IMG/VR virus record: IMGVR_UViG_3300042507_002727 | DNA: 64,000 bases | Reading direction: 5' to 3' (one strand) | Source: an uncultured virus (IMG/VR IMGVR_UViG_3300042507_002727) | Lineage: Duplodnaviria; Heunggongvirae; Uroviricota; Caudoviricetes | Part shown: positions 8,696 through 17,100 of the stretch, one piece after another | How positions within the stretch are numbered: position 1 is the first letter of the stretch | How the letters are laid out: every line of letters begins with the position of its first letter | Notes under the pieces: model-generated | Told to the model about the DNA's origin: nothing | What the model saw: the letters and a program-made list of their open reading frames with translations, nothing else | Databases searched by the model: none | Program-made: the position numbers and the translations under genes

Positions 8696-9868
8696 TCAAC
8701 TATCTCTTAACTCTAAAGTGGATTTTCTTATGTATATGGACCTAGAAGGAATCGAATTTAATGTTTTATTTTCTTCATCTATGTATCTTGCGTCAACTCT
8801 TCTAGATATTTCTTCTTCAAAGAAATGCTGAGTTTCTCGAATAATTCCAATCTTTTCTCTTTTTAAATGAAGATGTTTTAACCATCCGGAATAATCTGGA
8901 CTCGCTCTCCAATAATTTCCATTCAATACATGACTCAAGGCTTTATATCCCATTGATTCATTTATAAGTGTATAGTAAGAACTAGAAAAGTGTTGAACTT
9001 CACTCACAAGTTTTTCTGCTTCGCTCTTACTAATATTTCCACGTGCCTTGACAATACTTTCAATCGCTGATATCTTAAGCCACGCGAGCTTTATCTGTAT
9101 TTCTGGGACGTCGTCAGTAGAGAAAAAGAAGATTGTATCGTAGTCATTAGATGATGGAGTATCATATTGCCACCACATTCCAGAATTAGTAGCCCAAAAC
9201 CAATCTCCGTTTACCAAAGTTACACGAGGTTTTTCTAATCCCCATATCATACAAGATCGCGGTTTAGTCTTATTCACTCTCTTGTGTCTTGAGTGATATT
9301 GGCCTATAGATTCCGGTAACTTAACCATAGTACGATAATCACCTACGAAATTCTCAAGAGCAAGTCTCCATTCTGCCGGGTCGTTTGGTGCAAGATAATT
9401 CGGTTTGTCTAAACCTTCTACCGTGTAGTTGAGTTGCTTTAACTTCTCGCTGTATTTACTCATAAGAGTATCACGAATCTGTCCAAAGAGTTTTATTTTT
9501 GGATTAAAATCTTCGAAACCAAACCCGGCTCTATGCCAAAGTTTAACATTTCTTATACCTTCATCTATAAATGCATCGAGTATTGTATGACTATCAGTTC
9601 CTCCACTGTAGTGAATCGTAATGTCATCATACTTTTCCGCAAGGATTCTTGCGTGCTTCCTGAAATAGTCTTTAGATTCAAGAAGAGGTTCTACTCTCCA
9701 TGCCTGCGGATTACGATACACGTCATAGTCAAGAACAAACTCTATCCTAGAGTCTCTTCTCTTACTTGCTTCTGAAAATGCTTCTACGTTATTATAAAAC
9801 TTAGATCCGTTCGCGAGAAAGTAGAAGTTTGGTTTTGAAGAAGGAATATCGCGAAATAAATTTATCAC
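8696..9868 (-). CDS. PP-loop (adenine nucleotide alpha-hydrolase superfamily) protein
   Basis: ITIHYSGGTDSHTILDAF contains the SGGxDS PP-loop; GTG start. Confidence 0.65.
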   Translation of the reverse strand: MINLFRDIPSSKPNFYFLANGSKFYNNVEAFSEASKRRDSRIEFVLDYDVYRNPQAWRVEPLLESKDYFRKHARILAEKYDDITIHYSGGTDSHTILDAFIDEGIRNVKLWHRAGFGFEDFNPKIKLFGQIRDTLMSKYSEKLKQLNYTVEGLDKPNYLAPNDPAEWRLALENFVGDYRTMVKLPESIGQYHSRHKRVNKTKPRSCMIWGLEKPRVTLVNGDWFWATNSGMWWQYDTPSSNDYDTIFFFSTDDVPEIQIKLAWLKISAIESIVKARGNISKSEAEKLVSEVQHFSSSYYTLINESMGYKALSHVLNGNYWRASPDYSGWLKHLHLKREKIGIIRETQHFFEEEISRRVDARYIDEENKTLNSIPSRSIYIRKSTLELRDS

Positions 9869-9880
9869 AATTCAATAAGT

Positions 9881-12853
9881 CTACTTTTTCTCAACTTCGT
9901 CTAGACGAGCAGATAGCTCCTTTACAGCTTCAATAAGAACGGCTGTTATGTTACCATACGCTACTGATTTATATTCACCTATGTCATGAACTACTTCTGG
10001 GAGTATCTTTTCAACTTCCTGCGCGATCACACCTACGTTCTGCTTTCCGTCTCTTTCGAAATACACACCTCTCATTAGATCAACTTTTTCAAGAGCGCTA
10101 TCGATTGTGCGAATATTCGTCTTAAGTCTTTCATCAGAATAAGCTGTTACGTTTCCACCGACGGCTAGGTTTCCGGTTGATGGTTGGAATGAGAACGCTG
10201 TGGCTGTAGTTCTTACTCTTGCTGTTTGGTCGCTTCCAGAACCGGCAACAAAGACTGGGTAGTGAACCGTAGAAGACGTCGAGTCTGCTGCATTGATTGT
10301 GCTAGATGGTCCGGCCAAGCCTTGTGTACCAGTAGTTCCTTGTCTACCTTGAATGCCTTGCGAACCGTTCAATCCGTTCGATCCTAGAACACCCGCGGTA
10401 CCTTGTACACCAGTACTACCCGCTGTTCCGGTCAATCCTTGAGAACCGGATCCTGTTGTACCTTGTCTCCCTTGAATACCCTGAAGCCCTTGTCCGCCAG
10501 TTGTTCCGGTTAATCCTTGAGAGCCAGACCCTGTTGTACCCTGTGTACCTAGAGTACCTTGAATGCCTTGAGTACCTTGACGACCTTGGAAGCCTTGCGC
10601 TACTGCTCCACCGTCTTGACCTTGAATACCTTGGCTTCCTTGGAAGCCTTGAGCAACTGCACCACCATTGAGACCTTGAATACCTTGACTACCAGCTCCG
10701 CTAATGCCTTGTGTACCTTGTCTACCTTGGAAACCTTGGACAGTACCGGCAGTACCTTGGAAACCTTGGTTACCTTCTCCAGGTATACCTTGGACGCCCT
10801 GTCTTCCCTGGAAACCTTGCGCTGCGGCAGCACCAGTAAGACCTTGGATACCCTGATTACCGGTTCCAGCAATACCTTGAGTACCCTGGTTACCTTGGAA
10901 ACCTTGGAATGTAGCTGAGCCGCTAAGACCTTGGATACCAAACGTACCTTGAATACCTTGTGAACCAGTTGCACCAGTTGCACCCGATCCAGCAATACCC
11001 TGGAACCCTTGCGTACCCTGTCTTCCCTGGAACCCTTGCGTACCTTGAATACCTTGATCGCCGCTAGCACCAGTTGCGCCTGTTCCTACAAGACCCTGTA
11101 GTCCTTGGCCACCCGTTGTACCTTGCCTACCCTGGAAACCTTGAGCGGCGACTACACCTGCAATACCTTGATTTCCCTGAGTGCCGGTTCCAGAAATGCC
11201 TTGCCCGCCTTGCCTACCTTGAATACCTTGAGCAGCCACAGCTCCTTCAATGCCTTGGTTTCCAAGTCTACCTTGAAGACCTTGCGTGCCTTGAATACCT
11301 TGAGCAGCCGCGGCTCCTTCAATGCCTTGGTTTCCAAGTCTACCTTGAAGGCCCTGGAATCCTTGTGTTCCAGTTCGACCTTGGATACCTTGCGCAGCTG
11401 CCTGTCCGGCAAGACCTTGATTACCAAAAGTTCCTTGCAAACCTTGAAGACCTTGAGAAGCAGCAGCGCCAGTCGCACCTTGAATGCTAATTCCTTGAGC
11501 GCCTTGGATACCAAGCGTACCTTGAATACCTTGATTGGCGGCTGCGCCGGCCTGTCCTTGTAAACCTTGGGTTCCAATTCCCTGTATACCTTGTATACCT
11601 TGTCTACCTTGGCTTCCCTGTATACCTTGAAGACCTTGGATACCTTGAGTACCTTGTCTTCCTTGTGTTCCCTGTATACCCTGAAGACCTTGAGTTCCTT
11701 GAGTTCCCTGTGTCCCTTGACGACCTTGCGTACCCTGAGGACCTTTGATCTGGCCTCCGTTTGTCCACGTAGTTCCGTTATACGCCCAAACATCTCCTTC
11801 CAACTCGTCTATAACTGCATCTCCGGCAGTTGCGCTTGGAAATGCTGCGTTTAGAGTAGTCTGTGGATTGTTAGGCGGAGCTACGTTTACGTCTGCAACA
11901 GAACCGATAAGATTAATGGATGGACCGATAAGACCTTGTATACCTTGACGTCCCTGTGTTCCCTGCAGTCCTTGTATACCCTGAGTACCTTGAATACCCT
12001 GAAGACCTTGAGTTCCTTGTGTACCCTGAAGACCTTGAGTTCCTTGAGTTCCTTGACGACCCTGTGTACCCTGAAGACCTTGAATACCCTGTGATCCCTG
12101 GGTGCCTTGTGTCCCTTGCGGTCCTTGAATACCCTGATTGCCTAAAGAACCCTGAATACCTTGAACACCTTGTGAGCCAGCAGCACCAGTTGCACCTACA
12201 CCCTGAATACCCTGCAGACCTTGCGATCCTTGAGTACCCTGCCGACCTTGAGTACCTTGGGTTCCTTGTCTACCTTGAGTACCCTGAGTTCCAGTTTCGC
12301 CTTGTAAACCTTGCCCGCCTTGTCTACCTTGAGTACCCTGTGTACCTTGGTTACCCTGACGACCTTGGTTACCTTGGTTACCCTGAACTCCTTGCGGTCC
12401 CTGCGGTCCCTGAATACCCTGTGTACCTCTAAACGGGCCGAGGTTTAACCAATCGTCATTTCCGATATAAGCCCATAGTTCATCTAATGCCTGGTCAACA
12501 ACCGTATCGCCAACTAGCGCTGATGGAAAGAAAGCTGAAAGAAGGCCGTCTGGGTTGGTGTTAGCATTTACATCTGCGACCTCACCGATGATTTTAATCG
12601 CAGGGCCAAAGTTACCTTGTACACCTTGTACTCCTTGTGGACCTTGTGGACCTTGAAGACCCTGGACTGATATCCCGATTTCTATCCAATCAGAACCATC
12701 AGAATAGTACATAATACTAGTGTTTGAAGAATCTGTGTTTGCATAAACAATCGAGCCTTCGTATACACCAGGATCTAGAGCGATAGGGTAGGACTGCCTA
12801 ATACCGGGTCCTATTATAGGTGTTCTTCCTCTTACTGTCTTAAGCGACATCAT
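9881..12853 (-). CDS. Collagen-like tail fibre with C-terminal peptidase S74 intramolecular chaperone
   Basis: Long G-X-Q triplet runs, two related globular interruptions, C-terminal YSDERLKTNI...GVIAQEVE...YGNITAVLIEAVKEL. Confidence 0.88.
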   Translation of the reverse strand: MMSLKTVRGRTPIIGPGIRQSYPIALDPGVYEGSIVYANTDSSNTSIMYYSDGSDWIEIGISVQGLQGPQGPQGVQGVQGNFGPAIKIIGEVADVNANTNPDGLLSAFFPSALVGDTVVDQALDELWAYIGNDDWLNLGPFRGTQGIQGPQGPQGVQGNQGNQGRQGNQGTQGTQGRQGGQGLQGETGTQGTQGRQGTQGTQGRQGTQGSQGLQGIQGVGATGAAGSQGVQGIQGSLGNQGIQGPQGTQGTQGSQGIQGLQGTQGRQGTQGTQGLQGTQGTQGLQGIQGTQGIQGLQGTQGRQGIQGLIGPSINLIGSVADVNVAPPNNPQTTLNAAFPSATAGDAVIDELEGDVWAYNGTTWTNGGQIKGPQGTQGRQGTQGTQGTQGLQGIQGTQGRQGTQGIQGLQGIQGSQGRQGIQGIQGIGTQGLQGQAGAAANQGIQGTLGIQGAQGISIQGATGAAASQGLQGLQGTFGNQGLAGQAAAQGIQGRTGTQGFQGLQGRLGNQGIEGAAAAQGIQGTQGLQGRLGNQGIEGAVAAQGIQGRQGGQGISGTGTQGNQGIAGVVAAQGFQGRQGTTGGQGLQGLVGTGATGASGDQGIQGTQGFQGRQGTQGFQGIAGSGATGATGSQGIQGTFGIQGLSGSATFQGFQGNQGTQGIAGTGNQGIQGLTGAAAAQGFQGRQGVQGIPGEGNQGFQGTAGTVQGFQGRQGTQGISGAGSQGIQGLNGGAVAQGFQGSQGIQGQDGGAVAQGFQGRQGTQGIQGTLGTQGTTGSGSQGLTGTTGGQGLQGIQGRQGTTGSGSQGLTGTAGSTGVQGTAGVLGSNGLNGSQGIQGRQGTTGTQGLAGPSSTINAADSTSSTVHYPVFVAGSGSDQTARVRTTATAFSFQPSTGNLAVGGNVTAYSDERLKTNIRTIDSALEKVDLMRGVYFERDGKQNVGVIAQEVEKILPEVVHDIGEYKSVAYGNITAVLIEAVKELSARLDEVEKK
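10320..12670 (-). repeat. Collagen-like Gly-X-Gln triplet repeat (9-nt periodic ccttg motif)
   Basis: Recurring accttg/ccctg every 9 nt; near-identical duplication with 72-nt period starting at 11221 and 11293. Confidence 0.9.
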
Positions 12854-13265
12854 CCTGCTCCGCTTGTCCTATTGTGTAGGATATTGTTACATTTACTGAC
12901 CCATTTATAGATGCTTTTACATCAACCGTGTCTCCAGTGTATATGAACTGACCGTTTAATGGAAGTGGAAGAACATCAAACGCAGGAACTGGTAGTTCGT
13001 TAGCTATTATGAATGACGTGTTAGAACTTGCTCTGTATATTCTTACGCTTACATCTACAGTCTGAACATCAATATTAGTGATAATCATTGGACTGATAAT
13101 TTCTGCCACCCCGGGAACGACGACGGTGTCGCCGCCGAATACTAATTCGGGTACTTCAAAACTAGGAACTTCAATAATAGTCTCCCAGTCGTCAGTTAAG
13201 GTTACGCTTAGACCAATTGGCTTTGCGTCAGGCGCTTGGCTTGTTGTAACTATGCTATATGTCAT
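12840..13265 (-). CDS. Putative virion structural protein (beta-rich, 141 aa)
   Basis: Overlaps both neighbours in the fibre operon; alternating hydrophobic beta pattern. Confidence 0.5.
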   Translation of the reverse strand: MTYSIVTTSQAPDAKPIGLSVTLTDDWETIIEVPSFEVPELVFGGDTVVVPGVAEIISPMIITNIDVQTVDVSVRIYRASSNTSFIIANELPVPAFDVLPLPLNGQFIYTGDTVDVKASINGSVNVTISYTIGQAEQDDVA

Positions 13266-15826
13266 ATTGATGCCCTACTTTGCGAAGCTCTACGAGCTAG
13301 TTTTCTAACAGATGATGTGAATGGCCTTCCTTCAATTCTTCCGGTACGACCGTTAATTTTAAGACCTCTAGCGAAGTACTGGTTATTTAGTTCGTCGGCT
13401 CCAGACCAACGTACTCTTCCACCATCTTCTTGAAGAACAGATGCAGCGGCTGATATAGGCTGGCCAAGTCTTCTGAAGTTAAGTGGAAGCGCGTTAACGT
13501 TAACGCCTGCACTTGCGAGGTTAAACTGGTGTGAGAGACTCTCTACGAGGCTACCGAAACGAAGAATGCGAGGATTTCTTAAGCTTGCTATGAGGACGTC
13601 ATCTACAAGACCGTCAACCATATTTTCTTCTGTGGCGGTTAGTGTAAAGTTTATCTTAATATAGTCACCCATATGAGTAAACGAATCTGTAAAGGCGTTA
13701 AGAAGAGTTATATCATTTGGCCCGTCGTTAGTCCACGCAGATCCATCCCAGTAGTAGACGTCTCCGTCATAGATATTTGATACACTGGTATATACAACAT
13801 ACGCATCATTTACTTCTACCGTAACTCCACTAGGTAGAGCTCCAACAGTAGCTACGCTTCCTATGTATCTTAAGCCATCGGTGTTTGGATTAAACACCGA
13901 GAATACATGTCTTCCTTCATAATTAAAGAGGCCAGCTGTAAATATACGAGTTCCTGTTTGTGTACCTTCACGAAAATCGTTTGTGATAGAACGTATAAAG
14001 TTTAGAGCATCTCTACGAGTAAGTTCTTCGTTTACAGTGTTTGCAGAATACCCTTCAGTGATCGTTAGATAGTCCCACATGTCGTCTATGATTGTGTTTG
14101 CGCCTGCGAGTATTTCATCTGCAAGACCGTCGTTCTCTACAAGAGTAGCGGTCGTTAATCTAGGGTTTTGGACCGGAGTAGATCCCTTCGCGCGCATAGA
14201 TATGTCGCCGAACTGAGTACCAGAGTTGTTTAGAGTAATCTGACCGCCGTTTAGAGAATAGAACGCACAGCGCGAGAAGATGGAAAGAGAGCTGATGCCA
14301 TTAATACCTGCGCCATTCTTCGCAACATAACCCAAACCATTCTGAGTTCTAGGTGTAACACCAAAGCAAAGTATGTATGGGAAGATTGAGTCTTGGTCGA
14401 CTAATGCTCGGTCTGCGAGTACAGTCCCCCCACCTCTTCCTACTTCTTTGTTAGGATAGTCTTCTTCTAGAACTGCATCAATGATAGCCGTTCCGCCGGA
14501 TGAAGATGTAATGAGTGACCCAACTTCAAGATCATCGCTATTGTTTCTGATGTATATCGTTCCAGATCCAATCTCGGTGACTCTTGACACATATCCTGTT
14601 ACGCCGTTGTTAGCCGTAACTAGGTCGTCAACTTCCCAAGTTCCGGTAACTCCGGTAACTTCTACCTCGTATCCTAGATCCTCAATTGTACCACGGCTGT
14701 TGAATGGATTTAATAGAGGAGGGATCTCTCTTCCAAAGTAGTTCGCTATCTGACTGCAGTCTCTTAAATATGGCGAACGAATGATTTTAGCACCAGGGCG
14801 GAACGAAAAAGCGAACCCTTTAGACGGATAGTCAAAGTTATCAACAATATTATTAAAGAAAGAAAAACCTTGAACATAGCAGCCAGATCCTATGAGTATG
14901 ACGTTTTCTCTTTCGTATCCAGGGTTCTGAATGATACGAGTTGCATACTGTCCGTTTGTCGACACCATCGTGCAACGATCCGGAAGAGAAAGGTTTCCGT
15001 TTGTGTAATAGTCGCCAGGAAAAACGGTAATCGCCGTTGGGATGCCTGGGCTGTTATCTCCAGGATAACCAGAAGGTATACCACCGGCCGCAGCTTCTTG
15101 TGCAAGTTCGAATGCCCGCGCGAGAGTTGCAACTGGCTTTAGATAACTTCCTGGGTTCGTATCATCTCCATCAACACCGACGTATACTTTGTTTGCTTTC
15201 TTTGCGGTTTTAGATATCTCTTTGTATAGATCCTCGTAAGAGATCGCGACAGTTCTGCCTAAAGAAACGTCCTTAAGATAGAAGTAATCCGTATTTGATA
15301 TGTCAGGAGCAAATGCTTCATCAACGTTAATGTTCGGGTCGTTTATTGTTGAGTCATTTATGATCCCGTCGTTTATAGTGGAATCATTTATAATTGCGTC
15401 GTTTATAGTTGAATCGTCTATGATAACGTCTGTTAGTATCGATGCGTTAATAAACGACGCATTCATAGTTGAAATGTTAATGACGGATGATTCCATCGTA
15501 GAGTTCGTGATATCGGATTCGTCTATGTCAGAGTTATTAATATCCGAGTTATTCAACACCGACGTATTGATAGTCGAGTTGTTCATCGTAGAAGTGTTGA
15601 TGACCGAGCCCGTAATCGTTACGTTTGTAAGCGGGATGTTTTGAATATAATCGCCGCCATTAATCTTTATATTAGTAAAAACTTCTTGCTGAATAGCTTT
15701 TACTAGTTCGGCACGAGTAATATTCTTCGTGCCGTCGTCGCCCTGATCGAGGCTGACAGTTACAAACAAGTCTCTGGATTTTGTATTACCGCCGGTAATT
15801 TTACCAAGTTCGGATATTTTAGACAT
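13262..15826 (-). CDS. Virion structural or fibre protein with pentapeptide repeat and beta-helix-like region
   Basis: MSKISEL fibre-like N-terminus, (I/M)N(D/N)S(T/D) 5-residue repeats, VYVGVDGDDTNPGS...PVATLARA pectin-lyase-like start motif. Confidence 0.6.
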   Translation of the reverse strand: MSKISELGKITGGNTKSRDLFVTVSLDQGDDGTKNITRAELVKAIQQEVFTNIKINGGDYIQNIPLTNVTITGSVINTSTMNNSTINTSVLNNSDINNSDIDESDITNSTMESSVINISTMNASFINASILTDVIIDDSTINDAIINDSTINDGIINDSTINDPNINVDEAFAPDISNTDYFYLKDVSLGRTVAISYEDLYKEISKTAKKANKVYVGVDGDDTNPGSYLKPVATLARAFELAQEAAAGGIPSGYPGDNSPGIPTAITVFPGDYYTNGNLSLPDRCTMVSTNGQYATRIIQNPGYERENVILIGSGCYVQGFSFFNNIVDNFDYPSKGFAFSFRPGAKIIRSPYLRDCSQIANYFGREIPPLLNPFNSRGTIEDLGYEVEVTGVTGTWEVDDLVTANNGVTGYVSRVTEIGSGTIYIRNNSDDLEVGSLITSSSGGTAIIDAVLEEDYPNKEVGRGGGTVLADRALVDQDSIFPYILCFGVTPRTQNGLGYVAKNGAGINGISSLSIFSRCAFYSLNGGQITLNNSGTQFGDISMRAKGSTPVQNPRLTTATLVENDGLADEILAGANTIIDDMWDYLTITEGYSANTVNEELTRRDALNFIRSITNDFREGTQTGTRIFTAGLFNYEGRHVFSVFNPNTDGLRYIGSVATVGALPSGVTVEVNDAYVVYTSVSNIYDGDVYYWDGSAWTNDGPNDITLLNAFTDSFTHMGDYIKINFTLTATEENMVDGLVDDVLIASLRNPRILRFGSLVESLSHQFNLASAGVNVNALPLNFRRLGQPISAAASVLQEDGGRVRWSGADELNNQYFARGLKINGRTGRIEGRPFTSSVRKLARRASQSRASI

Positions 15827-15850
15827 GGTTGTCGAGATCCCTTTTTCTTT

Positions 15851-15858
15851 TATTTATA
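15851..15858 (-). promoter_or_regulatory. T4-type late promoter TATAAATA
   Basis: Exact gp55-dependent consensus about 25 nt upstream of the 854 aa structural gene. Confidence 0.8.
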
Positions 15859-15898
15859 TCGAAGAAATACCAACATGATATTTAGAGAACAAAGAGTT

Positions 15899-16921
15899 TT
15901 AACTACCATTCTTCAAAGTTTTTATTTCTTCGTGAAGTTCTTTAATCGCTTCGATTAATAGCGGTACTAATTTTTCATAACGAACAGCCATGTATCCGTT
16001 TTCTCGAGTTGTTACGACTTCCGGTAATACTTGGTTTACTTCTTGAGCGATGACACCAACTTCTTTAACACTAGTATCTTTACTCTCAACTTCTTTAGCT
16101 AAGTCATTCCAATTAAAAGTAACACCATTCAGTTTTTCAATCTTTGATAGAGCGTCTGTAATATTTTCTACATTTGTTTTCAATTCTCTATCAGAAGTAG
16201 CAAAAGCCGTGATCTCGCCACCTGCGTTAATAGCTCCGCTTACACCTAGACCGCCCGTGATGACGACAGAACCAGTCGTCCTACTAGTACTCGGTGTGTT
16301 ATTAGTAAATGTCTTAATGCCAGCAATTGATTGGTTGCCAATCGTGTATACACCGTTTGTGACTGTGGCTGCGTTTCCAGTTATATTTCCAGTCACTGCA
16401 CCAGAAATATTTCCAGTTATCGTTCCAGTTACAGTAAGGTTATTATCAACAACAAGATTGTTTCCAACATTCATATTTCCTGCAATAGTAAGATCGCCAG
16501 ATGGAGATACAGAAAGTTTTCTAGTTCCCGATCCAGTGTCAACTATAAAACTGGTGTTTGCGTTTGACTCAAAGCCAACTTGCCATATCACGGAAGCATT
16601 TGAATAATTCACTCTAGGTGCGTTCGTGCTTATAAGAGTTTGAATCGTTTGTGTTGGTGTATTAATTGTTACAGGTGACGTAACTTCTATTGCTGACGAT
16701 CCTACTTTAGGAGATAAGGTATTAGCGCGCAAAGTATTAAATGCAATCACAGTATTTGCAGTGAACGATCCAATCAGAGTCGAATTACCAGTTGTGGTAT
16801 CGCCTAATGCTGAGGCCGTCATAGCATCGGAACTCACTATATCTACTAAGTCGTTGGTCCTATCCAACCATTGTTGAAACGTGTCCGAAGTAGTGACCTG
16901 ACTTATACCGGTTTTTGCCAT
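15899..16921 (-). CDS. Short tail fibre-like protein with S74 chaperone domain
   Basis: N-terminal DTFQQWLDRTN motif; C-terminal SDRELKTNVENI...VGVIAQEV...VRYEKLVPLLIEAIKEL. Confidence 0.8.
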   Translation of the reverse strand: MAKTGISQVTTSDTFQQWLDRTNDLVDIVSSDAMTASALGDTTTGNSTLIGSFTANTVIAFNTLRANTLSPKVGSSAIEVTSPVTINTPTQTIQTLISTNAPRVNYSNASVIWQVGFESNANTSFIVDTGSGTRKLSVSPSGDLTIAGNMNVGNNLVVDNNLTVTGTITGNISGAVTGNITGNAATVTNGVYTIGNQSIAGIKTFTNNTPSTSRTTGSVVITGGLGVSGAINAGGEITAFATSDRELKTNVENITDALSKIEKLNGVTFNWNDLAKEVESKDTSVKEVGVIAQEVNQVLPEVVTTRENGYMAVRYEKLVPLLIEAIKELHEEIKTLKNGS

Positions 16922-16923
16922 GT

Positions 16924-17100
16924 TTATGTGCTCTCTATCTTGTCTAATCTTTCACATAAGGAAGAAAGAACTCTTCTTATCTCTGGTAACTCTTTATAGA
17001 TTTGTTCTATCTTTCTCACTCGATCCCTGTCTACTTTGTATTTATTTAGAGCAGCCAGGTCATCGTTGATAAGTGCTCTCGATCTTTCGTCTCTTATCAT
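16924..17100 (-). CDS. Small hypothetical protein (58 aa)
   Basis: Hand-translated MIRDERSRALINDDLAALNKYK...; ATGA overlap with the upstream stop and fills the gap exactly. Confidence 0.65.
   Translation of the reverse strand: MIRDERSRALINDDLAALNKYKVDRDRVRKIEQIYKELPEIRRVLSSLCERLDKIEST

Noticed and set aside
10456..12432. Several overlapping alternative-frame ORFs with LEYP or KVFKV repeats
   Set aside because: These are frame shadows of the 9-nt collagen periodicity.
10320..12670. Possible CRISPR array or diversity-generating retroelement repeat pair
   Set aside because: The repeats are in-frame coding triplets with no unique spacers, and I see no reverse transcriptase or cas gene in the window.
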